Origin: Dudresnaya verticillata
Lineage: Eukaryota
Direction: 5' to 3'
Length of the DNA: 64,000 nt
NCBI GenBank assembly: GCA_977862235.1
Contig: OZ374564.1
Coordinates: forward strand, 1,116,001-1,180,000
The translations under genes were made by a program, and so were the position numbers. Each line of letters opens with the position of its first letter. Positions within the stretch are counted from its first letter, which is position 1. Shown one piece after another: positions 1-12,373 of this stretch. Below the pieces are notes generated by a model. The model ran no database searches, was not told where the DNA came from, and saw only the letters and a list, made by a program, of their open reading frames with translations.

Positions 1-1010
1 CTCCAATTTGTCCTAACCGATAACGGACCGCAGTTTACTGCTGAGTTCTTTGACGCAGTGTGTTCCTTACTCGGAATCAGGCATTTACTTACCGCTGCCT
101 ACCATCCTACCACCTACCGCGACTACCAGTACCTGCAACCGTTGACGTATACATACAACATGCGGGTACACCGTATTACGGAAACACCGCCATTTGATTT
201 GGTGCTGACACGCCACCCATCGGACATTGTTGTACGAGGGGCTCTTGTCGAGCATCAAGAAACCGTTAGGGAAGGGCGTATGACCCCGGTGCTACAGAAG
301 TGGAGCACCATGCGCCGTTTACGGTATGCGCTCCAGACAGCGCGCACTAAGCAAACAGTGGCTCAGCAAAAAGCCAAGGCACTGTTTTACCGTAAGGTGC
401 GCTTTAGGCCTATAATCCGTAACGGAGATCAAGTCTATGTCGACAGGCCGCCCCATAACCTGCGGCCGACCGAACGCCGTGAGCGGGACCGATTGGAAGG
501 CAAACCGGATGATGTGGGCGAGGTGGCTCAAGAAGTGAAGAGACTCCTTCCGAGAGCCACGGGGCCTTATGAAGTGGAATCCGCAACGGAACATGTCGTT
601 ACAATCCGCAAGGAAGGGTTATTGATCCCAGTAAGTATAGATCGCATCACGAAGGTTCCGATCGGAGTTGCAGTTCAGCCGGCACCCTTGACAGTGCCGC
701 CTGTCACGCCATCAACCGTTTACGGAGAAGTAGTGCCACATCCAGAAGGCACTACAGTAGCGCCTACACCGTCAGCGGGCATTACACCCTCCATAGCGGA
801 ACCCCGACAAGCCGATACGGAATATGTGATCGACAAGATTGTCGGTCACCGCGACGAACCTACTGGGATGACATACAAAGTGCGCTGGTATGGTTACCCT
901 CCGGATCAGGACAGTTTTTGAGCCCGCGGAGGAGTTGCCGCGGAATTTCATCTACCGGTATTGGAAGCAAAAGAAAAAGGCATCCGCTAATGGTAAGCCA
1001 TGGAGACGTG
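1..1010 (+). pseudogene. Gypsy integrase C-terminal part with GPY/F motif and chromodomain, frameshifted
   Basis: LTDNGPQF (bases 11-34) and TAAYHP; LPRATGPYEV; EYVIDKIVGHR...YKVRWYGYPPDQDSF. An extra T near 915-919 breaks the frame, which continues as EPAEELPRNFIYRYW. Confidence 0.9.
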
Positions 1011-1511
1011 CTAACCCAACACGTCACTCACCGTAACGGACAATTGGAATGCTAGTGTGTGGGAACGTACAATGTTTATCGCAAGCTAAGGTCGAGGCAT
1101 ATTTCAAAACCGTTAAGGAGATCGTCGAACTGTAACTCTAAGAGTCACGGCGACGCCGCTTCGGAGCAGGGGCAACGGTATCTTCCTCGTTGCCCCCTGA
1201 CCCGTTCGAAAGCCGGGTTCCCCACTCTGATCCGATTAGAATGCACGCTGCGTATTGTCTTCCAAGACGCGAATCACACTATCCATACGCCGACGCTGAC
1301 GACGGACTACTGCGCGGAGATGAATCACCTTCTCCATTAGTCCCTCCGCTAAGGTTGGCGCCTCCTGAACGGATCCTGGCAATGGGAAGCGCTGTGTACG
1401 GCAAATGCCCCGTAGCACCTGTAGCCTGCTTTCCGTAGCGGCTAAGTGAGCCGGAACTGTAACGGTGGGATCCTCATCTTCCTGAAACTCTACCTTCGGG
1501 GATATAAACGG

Positions 1512-2213
1512 CTAATCCCTAACCCCGGCTTCGATTGAGCGCTCCGTTGAGGAAACCACCAATACGGATGGTCCCGACTCGGGTGAAGGTACTTCCTTCC
1601 GCGGAGGTGGGTTTGTGTCCTTCTCTGGAGAGGCTATATCGCTTTTCCGTAACAGTTCAGGACTTGACGCGGGAGCCGAAGGCTTGTCACCAATTACCCC
1701 GGCACTTGGGCGTTTTGGAGCCACTTCCGGTACGGTGATAGGTGCCTCACTCACCACTGGTGTGGGAGTGGGTGCCAACAGCGGAGCACTTGTCGGGGGC
1801 AGTTCGGCGGCTGCAGGCATTTGCGTCGCAGGAGACAGTGCTGCCGGCACAGTAACCGGCGGTGCTTCCGAAACGGTCTGCCCCTTCGAAGCCCCTTTCT
1901 TGGATGGTGCCGCAGGCTTAGGCACCGCAACAATAGGCTCAACCACGTCTATGGGTTTTGGGGTCTTAACCAACACGGGAGTAGTAGTCTCACGATCCAC
2001 ATCGCGCGACGTAAATGTAGCGACCACCGGAAGGACTGGAGCGGCTGTTTTCTCGATATTCGCTGCCATCGGTGCGACGGGCATGACCTCCTCCTGTTCT
2101 TCCAAGAAGGGGCCAGCTTCTTGCTGCCTCACCGTAACGGAATCGCTCGGGTCGATTGCACGCGAACGCCCCGCTGTCTCCTGACAACTCCCCCAATATT
2201 CGGCCCCATCCAA
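1512..2213 (-). CDS. Pro/Ala/Ser/Thr-rich low-complexity tail, probably the frameshifted continuation of the E1 antisense ORF
   Basis: Same strand and directly downstream of 2253-3629. E3 has the same layout (15401-16726). Confidence 0.55.
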   Translation of the reverse strand: MDGAEYWGSCQETAGRSRAIDPSDSVTVRQQEAGPFLEEQEEVMPVAPMAANIEKTAAPVLPVVATFTSRDVDRETTTPVLVKTPKPIDVVEPIVAVPKPAAPSKKGASKGQTVSEAPPVTVPAALSPATQMPAAAELPPTSAPLLAPTPTPVVSEAPITVPEVAPKRPSAGVIGDKPSAPASSPELLRKSDIASPEKDTNPPPRKEVPSPESGPSVLVVSSTERSIEAGVRD

Positions 2214-2252
2214 ACCGTCACGGTACGCATCCCTTGATGCTTGGCGAGGCGC

Positions 2253-3629
2253 TTAACCCCGATGGGGCTGCACCTCTAAGGCGAACCATTCCGGACGCGG
2301 ATATTCTCGATGAAGGAAATATGGCTCACCCACTCCGGGCCTAAGCGGGGGCACCGATAGGACACGGTCCTCATCCCAACTATACCCCAAGAAGCCCGGA
2401 GTGCGTTGCCAATCCTGCTGTCCGTGTACGGATAAAAGACACTCAACCCGATGAAGAGGATACGCCGACCCCGTCACCAAATCGGTTACGCCGACTTGGC
2501 GAATTAGGGCGATCACCGTCACGGGAAGTTGAAAAATACGGCCACAGTCTCCTCCGCGTAGGTCAGCTTCGTCACGCTGGAAGCAGTGCCAGTCGGATAA
2601 CTTGGTATTGCACCGCACTCCGTAGTAGGCAACCTGGAGCCACGAAAATAGCACCAGCATTGCCCACTCCGATCTGAAGATGCTCCAAAGCACGTCGAGT
2701 TGATCTTGGATCGGGGGACGCTCTCCGTTCGGATGTTCGTGATTCCACTCCCGCTCCGGGAGCAGGTTCGCAGAGAAGTACGCCACCACAGAAGGCGTGG
2801 GCACGGATAACCAACGAGTTACCTCGTATCTATCCCACCACGACGGAGCTGTGAGGTAGAGCTCACGTCGCATCTGATACGGAAGGTGGAAGAACTCCTT
2901 GGTATTCCACAGTTGCAAGATGGGTGCCCCCATATGCATTCCGTCTCGATAACGCGTCCGCAATCGGTGTTCCGTCGCCGCGTCGTCTTTCCACCCGTCG
3001 GCATAGCGGAACCAATACACCGACTGGTCATGCGGTGGGTCGAAGCAGATAAACTGCACCCCGATCGGTGCACCCCGTAGACGGAACGCCTTGGCCAACA
3101 AACGGCTCACCTTCGCGGTATACACAACTTCTCCGTGGCCGTGGCAACGGTACCACAACAAATCCGAAACGGTAGTGGTGCGTTCCTGGCAGTAGCTGTG
3201 CACCCATCGGCTTTGCCACACAAACGCCCGCCGGTTCGGCACGAAACCAATTCGCTGGTTTGCCTTGAAGGGCTGCTCCGAAACGGCTTGGTATCGTCGC
3301 GCTTCCAAAACGGTTGGGTAACCCTCGATGAAGTATGACACTGTCATCGGTGGTGTCACCTTCGCCCGTTCCGAATCGGATCTCGTCGGGCGCCCCGCAC
3401 GGTGCTCAAAATGGTGCCCCGGCCAGTATCCGCTCGGGACAGGACCCTCACCGGTACGGGTACGCGCCATCGGCATCCAAGAGCCTGTCGTAGGCGTCAT
3501 GCTCCACACTGGCACGCGCGACCGTTTCGGAGTGCTGCCTGACGCATATGGGCTCGCGCCCATGTTCCGCATCGGAGTTGAGACTAGGATCGATGGCGTC
3601 CGTAACGGAATCGATGGTAGGTCCGCCAA
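2253..3629 (-). CDS. Antisense ORF of E1, unknown Trp/Pro-rich domain (458 aa); probable true start is the ATG at 3978 via a frameshift near 3670
   Basis: Long open frame opposite to pol, between integrase and PPT. Motifs align with ORFs 14613-15488 and 48696-49595. Confidence 0.7.
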   Translation of the reverse strand: MADLPSIPLRTPSILVSTPMRNMGASPYASGSTPKRSRVPVWSMTPTTGSWMPMARTRTGEGPVPSGYWPGHHFEHRAGRPTRSDSERAKVTPPMTVSYFIEGYPTVLEARRYQAVSEQPFKANQRIGFVPNRRAFVWQSRWVHSYCQERTTTVSDLLWYRCHGHGEVVYTAKVSRLLAKAFRLRGAPIGVQFICFDPPHDQSVYWFRYADGWKDDAATEHRLRTRYRDGMHMGAPILQLWNTKEFFHLPYQMRRELYLTAPSWWDRYEVTRWLSVPTPSVVAYFSANLLPEREWNHEHPNGERPPIQDQLDVLWSIFRSEWAMLVLFSWLQVAYYGVRCNTKLSDWHCFQRDEADLRGGDCGRIFQLPVTVIALIRQVGVTDLVTGSAYPLHRVECLLSVHGQQDWQRTPGFLGYSWDEDRVLSVPPLRPGVGEPYFLHREYPRPEWFALEVQPHRG

Positions 3630-4298
3630 GTTGAGCTCCTCAGCACCACGTCGGACCTCCTCGTCATCATCCTTGGTCGAATCTTCTCCGTGACGGTGGG
3701 TCGCCGCATTCCCTAACTGGGTGTTCCTTGCGGCTGGGCCAGCAGCAAACGGATTCGGATCGTAGACAGACCAGCCGCGGCCCGCCGAGAGTATCTGTGA
3801 CGGTTACGCTGCGGTAACGCCCGTGCGACCACTCGTCGTGCGTGGTACCACAACCGCCGAGGACGAGGCCTGCGCTTGAGTCGAAGCATCTGTAACCGTA
3901 GGCGCACCTGGCGCTCTCGTCGTCTAGCTCGCGCGGGAACGCCGTTTCGGTTGAAGGCTTGCTCTTCTCCCCTGCCATCTTGGAAGCGGGCGCACGAAGG
4001 AGAAGGAAAAGTTGAGGAAGATAGCCGTATCGGTTGTGTGTGGGTGTGGAAGCAAAGGTAATCCGTGACGGTGGGCGCCCGAAGACGTGGCGCCATCTTA
4101 AGGAGGGGGGTCTGTGGTGAAGTGAGCCGTAGCGCGCATGCCGCACGCCGACGGCGAGCCAACCGTAACGGCTGATGTGGCAATACGTCACGCTGACGAT
4201 ATGGCAACGTGTAGCCGTGTCGGATGTGTGTGCGTATGTATTGCTGTACGCTGGTACGCATTGCTGTACAGCAGTGTAGCGCACCAACCATACCGGAG

Positions 4299-4306
4299 TA
4301 TTTATA
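4299..4306 (-). promoter_or_regulatory. Candidate TATA box for the E1 antisense gene
   Basis: TATAAATA on the minus strand, in a locally AT-rich patch about 320 bp upstream of the ATG at 3978. Confidence 0.35.
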
Positions 4307-5134
4307 GTATTTATTCCTTATTTTTAGTGAGTCTGTGTACAGTGTGTAGAGTAGCGCGCCAGCCAATGAGAATGCTGCGCATCTCCGTGTCGGAGATTGG
4401 GACCAGCAGGGCCGATTCCGCCATAGGACCAGACCAGTAGGGTCTGGCCCCCACGGACCGGACCGCTCGGTACCACCCTGACTTGTATATCAGCGCGACA
4501 CCGCAGCGGCTCCTAAGGTAAACGGTAAAGCAACCTTAGCCCAATCCTTTACGGTTTTCCCCGCGCCAAGCCCGTTGCGGTCTACCACCACCACCGTTAC
4601 GGATTCCATTCCGGCACTTGTACCACCCCCTTGTCTGTTGCTTCCCAATATCCGTCTCGGTTAGCCGCTCGCTGTTCTCCCGTTTCGGTGCGAACTGCTC
4701 TACCACCCCGTGGAGGTAGTGTTGCTCTCGTCCGTTAAGGAAAGTCAGGCCAGCTGTCCGTCTCGGCGTTCGTGGGTTTTCACTACACCACACGTTCGGT
4801 GCGCCGACGCCGGGAAGCAGACACACGTTGAACTACATCGCGGTGCACTTCCTCGAGCGCCTCCTGAAGCCTAGAAACTTCAAGAGGCTGTTTAGCACGC
4901 ACCTCACCAAGCGTTGACAGTTCCGTATGCTTCTCTAGCGGCAAAGCTGTAATACAGTGAAGGGCTTACAGAAGTGGGCCCTCTGCCCTCGTGTATGCGC
5001 TGAAATATCGTTACCTATAGGGCGCCAACAGGGACAAGACGGGTAGTCTCTGAATGGTCCAAGTGTCACCCTGTAGGTCAGTAGCTTAGTATCTGTCGAT
5101 TTAGTTTAGAAATTATAGCTTAGGATAGGGGGAG

Positions 5135-5466
5135 TGTATATAGCCCAGTATGAGGTGTGCTGCCTGACAGTCGGAGTACCATATAGGGGTATCACCCGTA
5201 GCGGTCCCTGTACAGTAAAGGTAAGCACCTTCCGGCCCCAACTACGTCTCCAAGCCATCGGCACCGCAGCACACCTGTCACCCGTGCCCGGTTAACCGCC
5301 CGCCCAGTGAACTACCTTCAGTATCGTGCTTCCAATCAGGTTACGCGCCCTAGTCTACCCTCTGGGTTCCTCCCACTCTACCACCGCTACCAGTTACCCG
5401 CTCTGTGGCTTTCTCATTGAGTGCACTCTTTGAGTTCACAAGAGACCTAAAAGGTACTTCCTTACA
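5135..5466 (+). repeat. 3' LTR of E1, preceded by PPT AGGATAGGGGGAG (5122-5134)
   Basis: TG...CA ends, adjacent purine tract, sharp junction with the E2 integrase at 5467. Confidence 0.75.
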
Positions 5467-8400
5467 AAAGCGCGTAGAAGCGGTCTTTTCGGAGCGATGC
5501 CTGTCATAACTTGCAATGGACAGCGGAAGACCAAGGGCTGATCCTTCTTGACCGGGCCGAGGCGTTTAAGAGGTGCCTGATTCAGGACGCTCTGTACACA
5601 TTCAGTTACTGCTGGCCAGTCTTTAGGGGCTAGCTTCCATTCCGAGAGGAGTGCAGTTACGGCCCGTTTCACCTCTCTACATACGCGCTCCACTGTCCCA
5701 TTAGACCAGGGAGAATAGGGCGTCGTAAAGTGGCGCTGCACATGGATGTGGTATAACGAAGTCCACGGTAATGCGGGGAAGTCTCGCACTGTAAGGAATG
5801 GCCTCGGAGCCTAACGAATGGCCTCGTAGCCTAACGGAGAAACGAAAAGGGGTGGTAGCGTGGTAGAGCGGAGCAACCAACACGAAGGACCACGGTGTCA
5901 ACGTATTCGTGTGCGGAAGGGAGAACTCGAGCGATCGATCACCGGGGATGACTCCGGGTGCGCGGGGCTATCGAAAGCGAGGCTCGACCGTATCCTCGGT
6001 CACGAAGACGAAGACACCGAACTCCAAGAAACAGGCGTTTACCGAAGACTCCGAGGTCCGGGCGCTAGTTGCTTACCGGAAATCCTCGGAGGTTGTGCCA
6101 GACGACTGGCTAATTAATACTACGTGAGCACGAATACACGTCAACGCGGGAGACGGTTCGTACTCGAATGATTTGTAACGGCCTCGGTGCCAACGAACGG
6201 TCGTCTCACGTATGGTGGCGGTTACGAAGTGCGCCAGCGATGCATACGGAGGTGCACACGCTTCGTGGGCCTCGGTGCCGTTACGCGCGGGAAACAACGG
6301 GAAAGTCACGAAGGAGTCAGCGATTTCGTATCGGGTGCGCACTGTAATGCGAATGCCATCGTGGCGCGCGCACAGTATGCGCACTGTAATACGTTTGCCA
6401 TCGTGGCGTGCGCATTCACGGAGTCACTTCGAAATTCGTATTTCTCGATCATTTTCACGTAGACCACGGAGTCGTTTCGCGCACAGCGTCTATACCACAA
6501 TGGAACTCGTCCGTTAAGTGTTTGACGAGCCAGTTGAGGAAGTGCGATCCCTGATCGCTCACTAACCAATCCATGGATCCAAAGGTAGCAATCCACATGG
6601 ATAAGGTTTTGGCAGCAGCCGAAGCATCTGCAGCGGATGCGGGGAATAGCCAAACATAGGAAGACAAGTCGTCACGCATGAGGAGCAGGTACTTGAGCTG
6701 CTAAGTGCTCTCGTCCATGTACAAAACTTCCACATGCAACACCTCGTTCGGCTTTGAGCCATGTAGAGCGTGGGAAAGAGGACGTGGAACGAACTTTCCG
6801 GATCTGTTGATGAGGCAGTGCAAGCACAATCTCACGAAGGTGGAGACTTCCAGTTTCAAGTTTTCCCACCAGAACTGCTCCCGAAGGATGCTCTCAGTGG
6901 CGTCTTGGCCCCGATGGCCCACCATTCCGGCGTATGACCCCACTAGAATACGCAACTTAAGGTCCTGCTCCACTTCAGGGATCCAGATTCTTCTTTCCAC
7001 GCGCCATAGCCCATCTTCATCGGATAGCTTGGCTGTATTCGGGGGAAGGTGATGTTTTAGGGCGTTCCGAATGGTCTCCCACTCGGGCCAGATGACCTCA
7101 TTCAACCTGGAATGAGCTGTGGAAGATGCTTAACGAGACCAAAAAGCGCCTTTAGAGCCTTGGGCTCGGTGCGATACCCTCGTAACCATCGGGTGAGGAC
7201 ATCCGCGAACACATTCTTGGCTCCGTCAATATGCTCGATCACATAACTGAACCTAGAGAGGTACAGTGCCCAACACTGTACCTTCGACACGACATGGCGC
7301 CGCAGCCCGGGGTCTAGTGCGAGCGGAGCAAACACGAAGAGTACGTTGCGATGGTCCGTGAAAACGTGGGCTTCCTGCGCACCAAGGAAGAGGTAGTCCA
7401 GCCTTGAGAATGCTTGGAAGATGGCGAAGCCTTCCTTCTCGAAGGTAATCCAGCGTTTTTCGGCTTTCTTAAACTCCGCACCTAACAATGCCAACGGTTC
7501 GTGCTGCTGTTCCTCGAAGGGCACCTTGAGCTGTCCAGGGTCTGCCTGTGTTACGACCGAAGACCAGAACCGGTCGGACGCGTCGGTGAAGACGCAAAGT
7601 GTCATTTCAGGCTTTGGGTGTGCCATTTTAACGGCTTGTTACAGCGTGTCTTGTATGTCACGGAACGCGTCAGCATGAATAGCGCCAAAAGACAGGGTGC
7701 ATAAGCGGATTCCCCAGATGGATCGAGTTTTGCAGCGGCCTGGTTTGGCGTATGCCTTTTCCAACAAGGCTTTCAATGGTGCCATCCGCTGAGGAAGGAG
7801 CGGGATGGCCTGTAACATCCTTTGGCAGCATTACAGGAACTGGGCGAGTTCATCCGCGGTTTCTGGAAGGGCCATAGACCGTATAGCGGAAAATCGAGCT
7901 GGATCCATCTCGTAACCATCGGCTGAGATGATGCGGCGGCACCATCTAACGCGACGAGTGAAGCATGTGCACTTTCGGGCGGAAAGGTACAAGTTTTGTT
8001 CTTCACAGATGGCAAAGCAGCGCGCAAGCAAGCGTAGCAAAGCCATCTCATCCGTGGCGTGGAGTGTGACGTCATCCAGCCACGCCTTCAGATTGTCTCG
8101 AAGGTCCTGGAAGAGCGGTTCAATCGAGCTCGGGAAATACGCCGTGGCATCGGTCAGGCCAGGTAACACCCGAGTGGACGAAATTACACCGCGAGGCGTG
8201 ACAATGCCAGAGGCATCGTAGGAGTCTGGGTGAAGTGGGAGCTGCCAGTACGCCGAAAAGAAGTCCAAAACGGCAAAAGACTTGCTGTCAACGACGTCAC
8301 GCAGTTCAGATTCGAGGTGGGGCATCGGCCAGGATTCTTTGACCGTGGCGGCATTGACTGGTCGCAAATCAATGGCCAGACGATACTTTGGGCGAGATCC

Positions 8401-10355
8401 TGGCTTGGGCACCAAGAGTGGTGCCGCTTGCCACGTAAGGGTTTGGCACCGCAAACCCAAGCTCAATCAGCTTGTTGACATACTTGTCGAGAAACGTACG
8501 GTGTTGTGGCGAATACCGTCGAGCTCTCACCCTAACGGCTCGCTTTCCTTCAAAGAGCCGCACCCACATGGGTTTAGCCTTGGCTGATGGGGTTTTTCCC
8601 AGCCTTAGTCGAAAATCGACTTGTGTTTGGCAATCAGTTGCTGCAACGTCCGGGCACCCTCCTCGGATAGCCCTTCAGCGCGAGCAGATTCAACTGTAGC
8701 AGAGAGAGCTGAATCCAGCGCCTCTTGCGAGTCCTCGCATAAGTCAATTTATACATCACTCTCGTCGAACGGGTCCACATCGTCACTGCCTCCTTGGCTG
8801 TGATGGGTCGAACCGTGTAGGTTCCTTACGCCGAGTAGTGAAGCAATTAGGCTCGAAGGGCGCTTACCGTTCTTACGAACGTCTGCGTCTAGGATATCCG
8901 GGACAAATACGCCTCCGTTATGGCGATCAAAAGCGGCTTGTAGTAGCACGCGATTGTCAATGCCGAGGGAGCGCAGGACAGGTCGACCAATAATGACGTG
9001 AGACATCGCTTGGTCACTCACAAGCCACTTCATGCCGCGAAGGAGCAATTGTGACCCATGGCGGATTCGCAGGCGCACATCAGCGTCTATGGTGCGGCGG
9101 CACACCAGCGGGGAAGCATTCTGGTCCGCCATCTCGAACCTATCCGGTGTAGTAAGATCTGTGGGCTTCAAATTCGGAGTCGCATGCAGGAGTTCCTTCA
9201 GCACGATCGGCGGGATAACGTTCTCATCGGCACCGGGGTCGGCTAGTACGGTAGTCTCTACAGCCCCATTAAGGAAAGTAGCGCTGAAGAGGGTACTCTC
9301 AATGTCTTTTCCCTCACTGATCAGGTTCATAACTCTCTTTCCACCCTGCGCTTTTTGTTGCGCACATACTCCTCCATAAGTTGCTTCTTCAGTGCTTCTG
9401 ACGTTATGGGGCAATCCTTGACCAGGTGTTTCTGCTTGCGGTCAGGGTTCAGACAGTCTGACAGGCTGTCGTGAGACGATGATGCGGCCTTAGTCGCCGG
9501 AGGAGGGTTTTTGCGCTTCTTTGCACCCTTCTTACCGGCTTTTTCCTTCTTCTTCCGAATGGTTTTGCGATCGGATTCGCGCCGAGCCTCAGAAGAGTCT
9601 TAGTCGCTGCCGGAGTCTGCACGAGACTGTGATAACTCACTTCGTTTAACCTCTTTTGCCATCTTGGCCAGCTCCCTCATGAAACGGCCGTAGTCCTTCT
9701 TGTCAAACCCTTCGTTTTTACGCCACGCGATGAGCTCCTTCATCTTCTGACGTAGACGAAGAGGTTGCACACGTTATATAATGTGCTTAACAGCTACATG
9801 TGGGCGCTCTTTGGGAAGGGCGACAATACCAGATGGCTCCAGAGCAGTACGACAAGACAAACTGAGTGACCAAACTCGACTCTCTGGCTTCTGAATGGAC
9901 ATATCCATTCGTACGTCCTTGATGGCAGCTTGCACGCGCGAGAAGTCATGGTCATCGTCGGGATCGGCCTTAGCCCGCTCTTCTACGCACTGGCGGATCT
10001 GTTCCTCGGTTATCGAGTCCAAATCCTCAGCCACAATCCACTGCTCTAACAAGAACTCCTCTAAGAGGGCGTCGTCCAACGAGTTGCGATACGAAGTTAG
10101 CGGAACGTTGACTCCCGCTTCTGAGTTCTTCTCTGCCACTCTCTTTTCGTAGAGCTGGCGTTTCTTCTTGAACGCGACGAAGGCGGACGTACTGACAGCC
10201 TTAAGAATGGGTGCTTCCCAAGTTTCGACAATTGTCTGCTTGACTGTGTCCTCTCCAGCAGCCCGAGTTTTTGGAGCCATTGCGCCTTTTCCTGGCAGAA
10301 CTTTTCGACCAAAAGTAATTACTGTGGCGATCTGCGGGTCGTGATGCTGGTCCAC
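5467..10355 (-). mobile_element. Decayed Ty3/Gypsy element E2 (gag-PR-RT-RH-INT)
   Basis: gag 9449-10355; protease LADPGADENVI (8749-9414); RT LDFFSAYWQ and AWLDD (7831-8466); RNase H TDASD, EKE and FTDHRN (7102-7626); integrase HRG...CLHC, VSDQGSHF and PWSNGTVER. Many frameshifts. Confidence 0.92.
5747..6499. mobile_element. Solo LTR (753 bp) inserted in the E2 integrase
   Basis: Ends TGTGGTATA...TATACCACA with 5-bp TSD ATGGA (5742-5746 and 6500-6504). Removing it rejoins LTDEFH|VQRHFTTPYS. Near-identical copy at 63199-64000. Confidence 0.93.
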
Positions 10356-11061
10356 GCAAACACGGGTTCGAGGCGAAAGCGAGGGGCGGGGCTACACACT
10401 CTGCGACGGTGATCGTCCGTGAGGGTGTTGCCTCTTTTTCTCTAACCTACTGAAAAGCGGATGGCCGGCCGGCCGCCGGCCCAGGCCGGCGACATTGGCC
10501 CGGCTCAAGTTTTGTCGCGAGGGGTGTGACTCCCGTGACACTCTAGGGCAGATAGTTTTGCCGTAATATCTGCGAAGGTGGTTCAGCGGGCGCCCAAGTG
10601 CGGGCGCATCGATTTCGCGGCAAGCAGGAATCCTCGAAAAAGTAAAGACTAAAGTACAAGCTGCGTCCGAAAACGCATGCTTATTGTGAGTGTGTACCCT
10701 AGGGTAGAGGTGCACCGAACACAACTCGCTGCCTGGCGCCCCGTAGGGACGCCTGTAACGGGCGTGACCCCGGTGAATGCACCGTGCCGAGTACGATTGT
10801 GCTGCGGGCTCAGCGTTACAAAGGTGGCGTTACCTGGGGTGATTGTGGCAGGCCCCTATTTCCGGGGCAGGGCACGATCGAGACTATTCTTTTTGTCCAA
10901 TTTCTCCACCAACAAGTAGCAAACGAAGGTGTATCATAATACGTGACTTGCGCATGCCAGCTGTGCCTTGGTGAAACGGCGCAGGAACGGTATGAAAAAT
11001 AGGGTAAAGTTTTGGACTTACTGGTTGACTGTTAGGGCAGCTCGAGGTTCTTGTTTCGGCG

Positions 11062-11595
11062 TGTGGTATAACAAGCGCTGGGGCGCTGTAAGGAGACACG
11101 TGTACACGCGACACCTGTAAGGCGTGGGACACAGGAGTGAGATGGCTGCTTGCCATTGGACAATTAATTACGTGAGCACTATGCGCGCTGAGTGGTGGAT
11201 ACGCACCATGATTTTACGCCTACTTTGTGTGCGGCGTCTTACAGTGACGCCGTACGTACGGAAGCGGTATGACCGCTCATTCCTATTTTTAATCGCTAGT
11301 GTAACTGTTAGTGTACAGTATTAGCTCACTGTTAGCATTATACAGTAACCCTAACTGAGCGGGTAGTATCTTTCCGGCTCCCGCCGTATTTATTAGGCCC
11401 CTGAGTAGCAGGGGCCCGCACTAAACGGGCAGCGGTGTGTGCGTTGGGCTTTTCTCCCTTCGTTGGACTCTCACGGTATCACCGCCACAACCGCTACAAC
11501 CCCCGTTAGGCGTTTACAAGCCGTGCTACCTACGACGACTGCTCTAAGCCGTACGGTTCGCCTTCCCTTTTCCCCCTCTTTTTGCAGGGCTTGCA
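11062..11595 (+). repeat. Truncated LTR related to 11596-12372 and 58194-58884
   Basis: Starts TGTGGTATA and shares the TATTTATT..GCCCCTGAGTAGCAGGGG block. Interrupted by the next LTR. Confidence 0.65.
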
Positions 11596-12372
11596 TGTGG
11601 AAGAATGAGCCGCAGCAGAAGTGCTAGCGCACTGTAAGTCATATGTGCGTATTAAGGTGTAAGACGCCCACTCGTCTCAAGCTGTAAGGCGCGCACAAGC
11701 GCCGTGCGCTGTAAGGATGATGCGCCCCGCTGGCATCCCTGCTGGCACCACATTTCATGGCGAATTGCCATTGGGTAATTTATTGTGGCCGCTCACGCGG
11801 CCCGACGCGGTACTACCACTAATCCGTATTTATAACTGACAACAGTACTATTAGATTAATAATTACAGCTAGAGTAGCTTAGAATAGCTCATAGGAGGTA
11901 AGAGCAATTCCGGCTCTGCCATACTTAATAGGCCCTTGAGTAGCAGGGGCCTCCTGAATAGAACCCAACTGTGGGTTTGGGTCTTTTTCCCTTTTCTGGA
12001 ATTCACGGACTCACCGTACCTTTCTCCCTTTCAGGCGCTCTGCGAGCCTATTCTCCGCGCGACGGAAGCTCTGCGCGAGCTGGGTAGCGCCGCCCCTCCC
12101 TTTTCCCCTTTTTCCTAGGCTTTGCGGCTTTTTCCCAAGTCTCTACCAACACCCCTTTTTCCCCCGAGCTACCGAAGCTAGTGTTGCCCATAGGACAGGT
12201 GTCCTGGTTGTCTCCGTTCTACCTGGCCCCGTGGCCATTCTACTACATTGCAGCCCTCTCAAGTATCTACCACCCCTTTTGGAGCTACCAACCACGCGAG
12301 TGGGATCACGCTTTCAGGACAGCTGTCGTGCTGTGTGGCCGTCTACTCTGGCTTGAAAGCCATTCTACTACA
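11596..12372 (+). repeat. 5' LTR of a truncated + strand LTR element
   Basis: TGTGG...CTACTACA, homologous end-to-end with 58194-58884, followed by PBS-like TGGTCTCCCGACCTAGG. Leader sequence runs to 13074. Confidence 0.8.
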
Positions 12373-12373
12373 G

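Larger units (their letters stand above)
1..5466 (+). mobile_element. Ty3/Gypsy chromodomain LTR retrotransposon E1, 3' half (integrase, antisense ORF region, PPT, 3' LTR)
   Basis: Integrase core and chromodomain at 1-1010, purine tract at 5122-5134, then TGTATA...CTTACA LTR at 5135-5466. Sequence after 5466 resumes the integrase of a different element. Confidence 0.9.

Noticed and set aside
1615..2184. Gly/Ala/Thr-rich + strand ORF (likewise 15934-16500 on minus)
   Set aside because: Reverse-complement shadow of the Pro-rich tails.
2253..3629. env gene interpretation of the extra ORF
   Set aside because: Antisense orientation and no clear signal peptide or transmembrane anchor.
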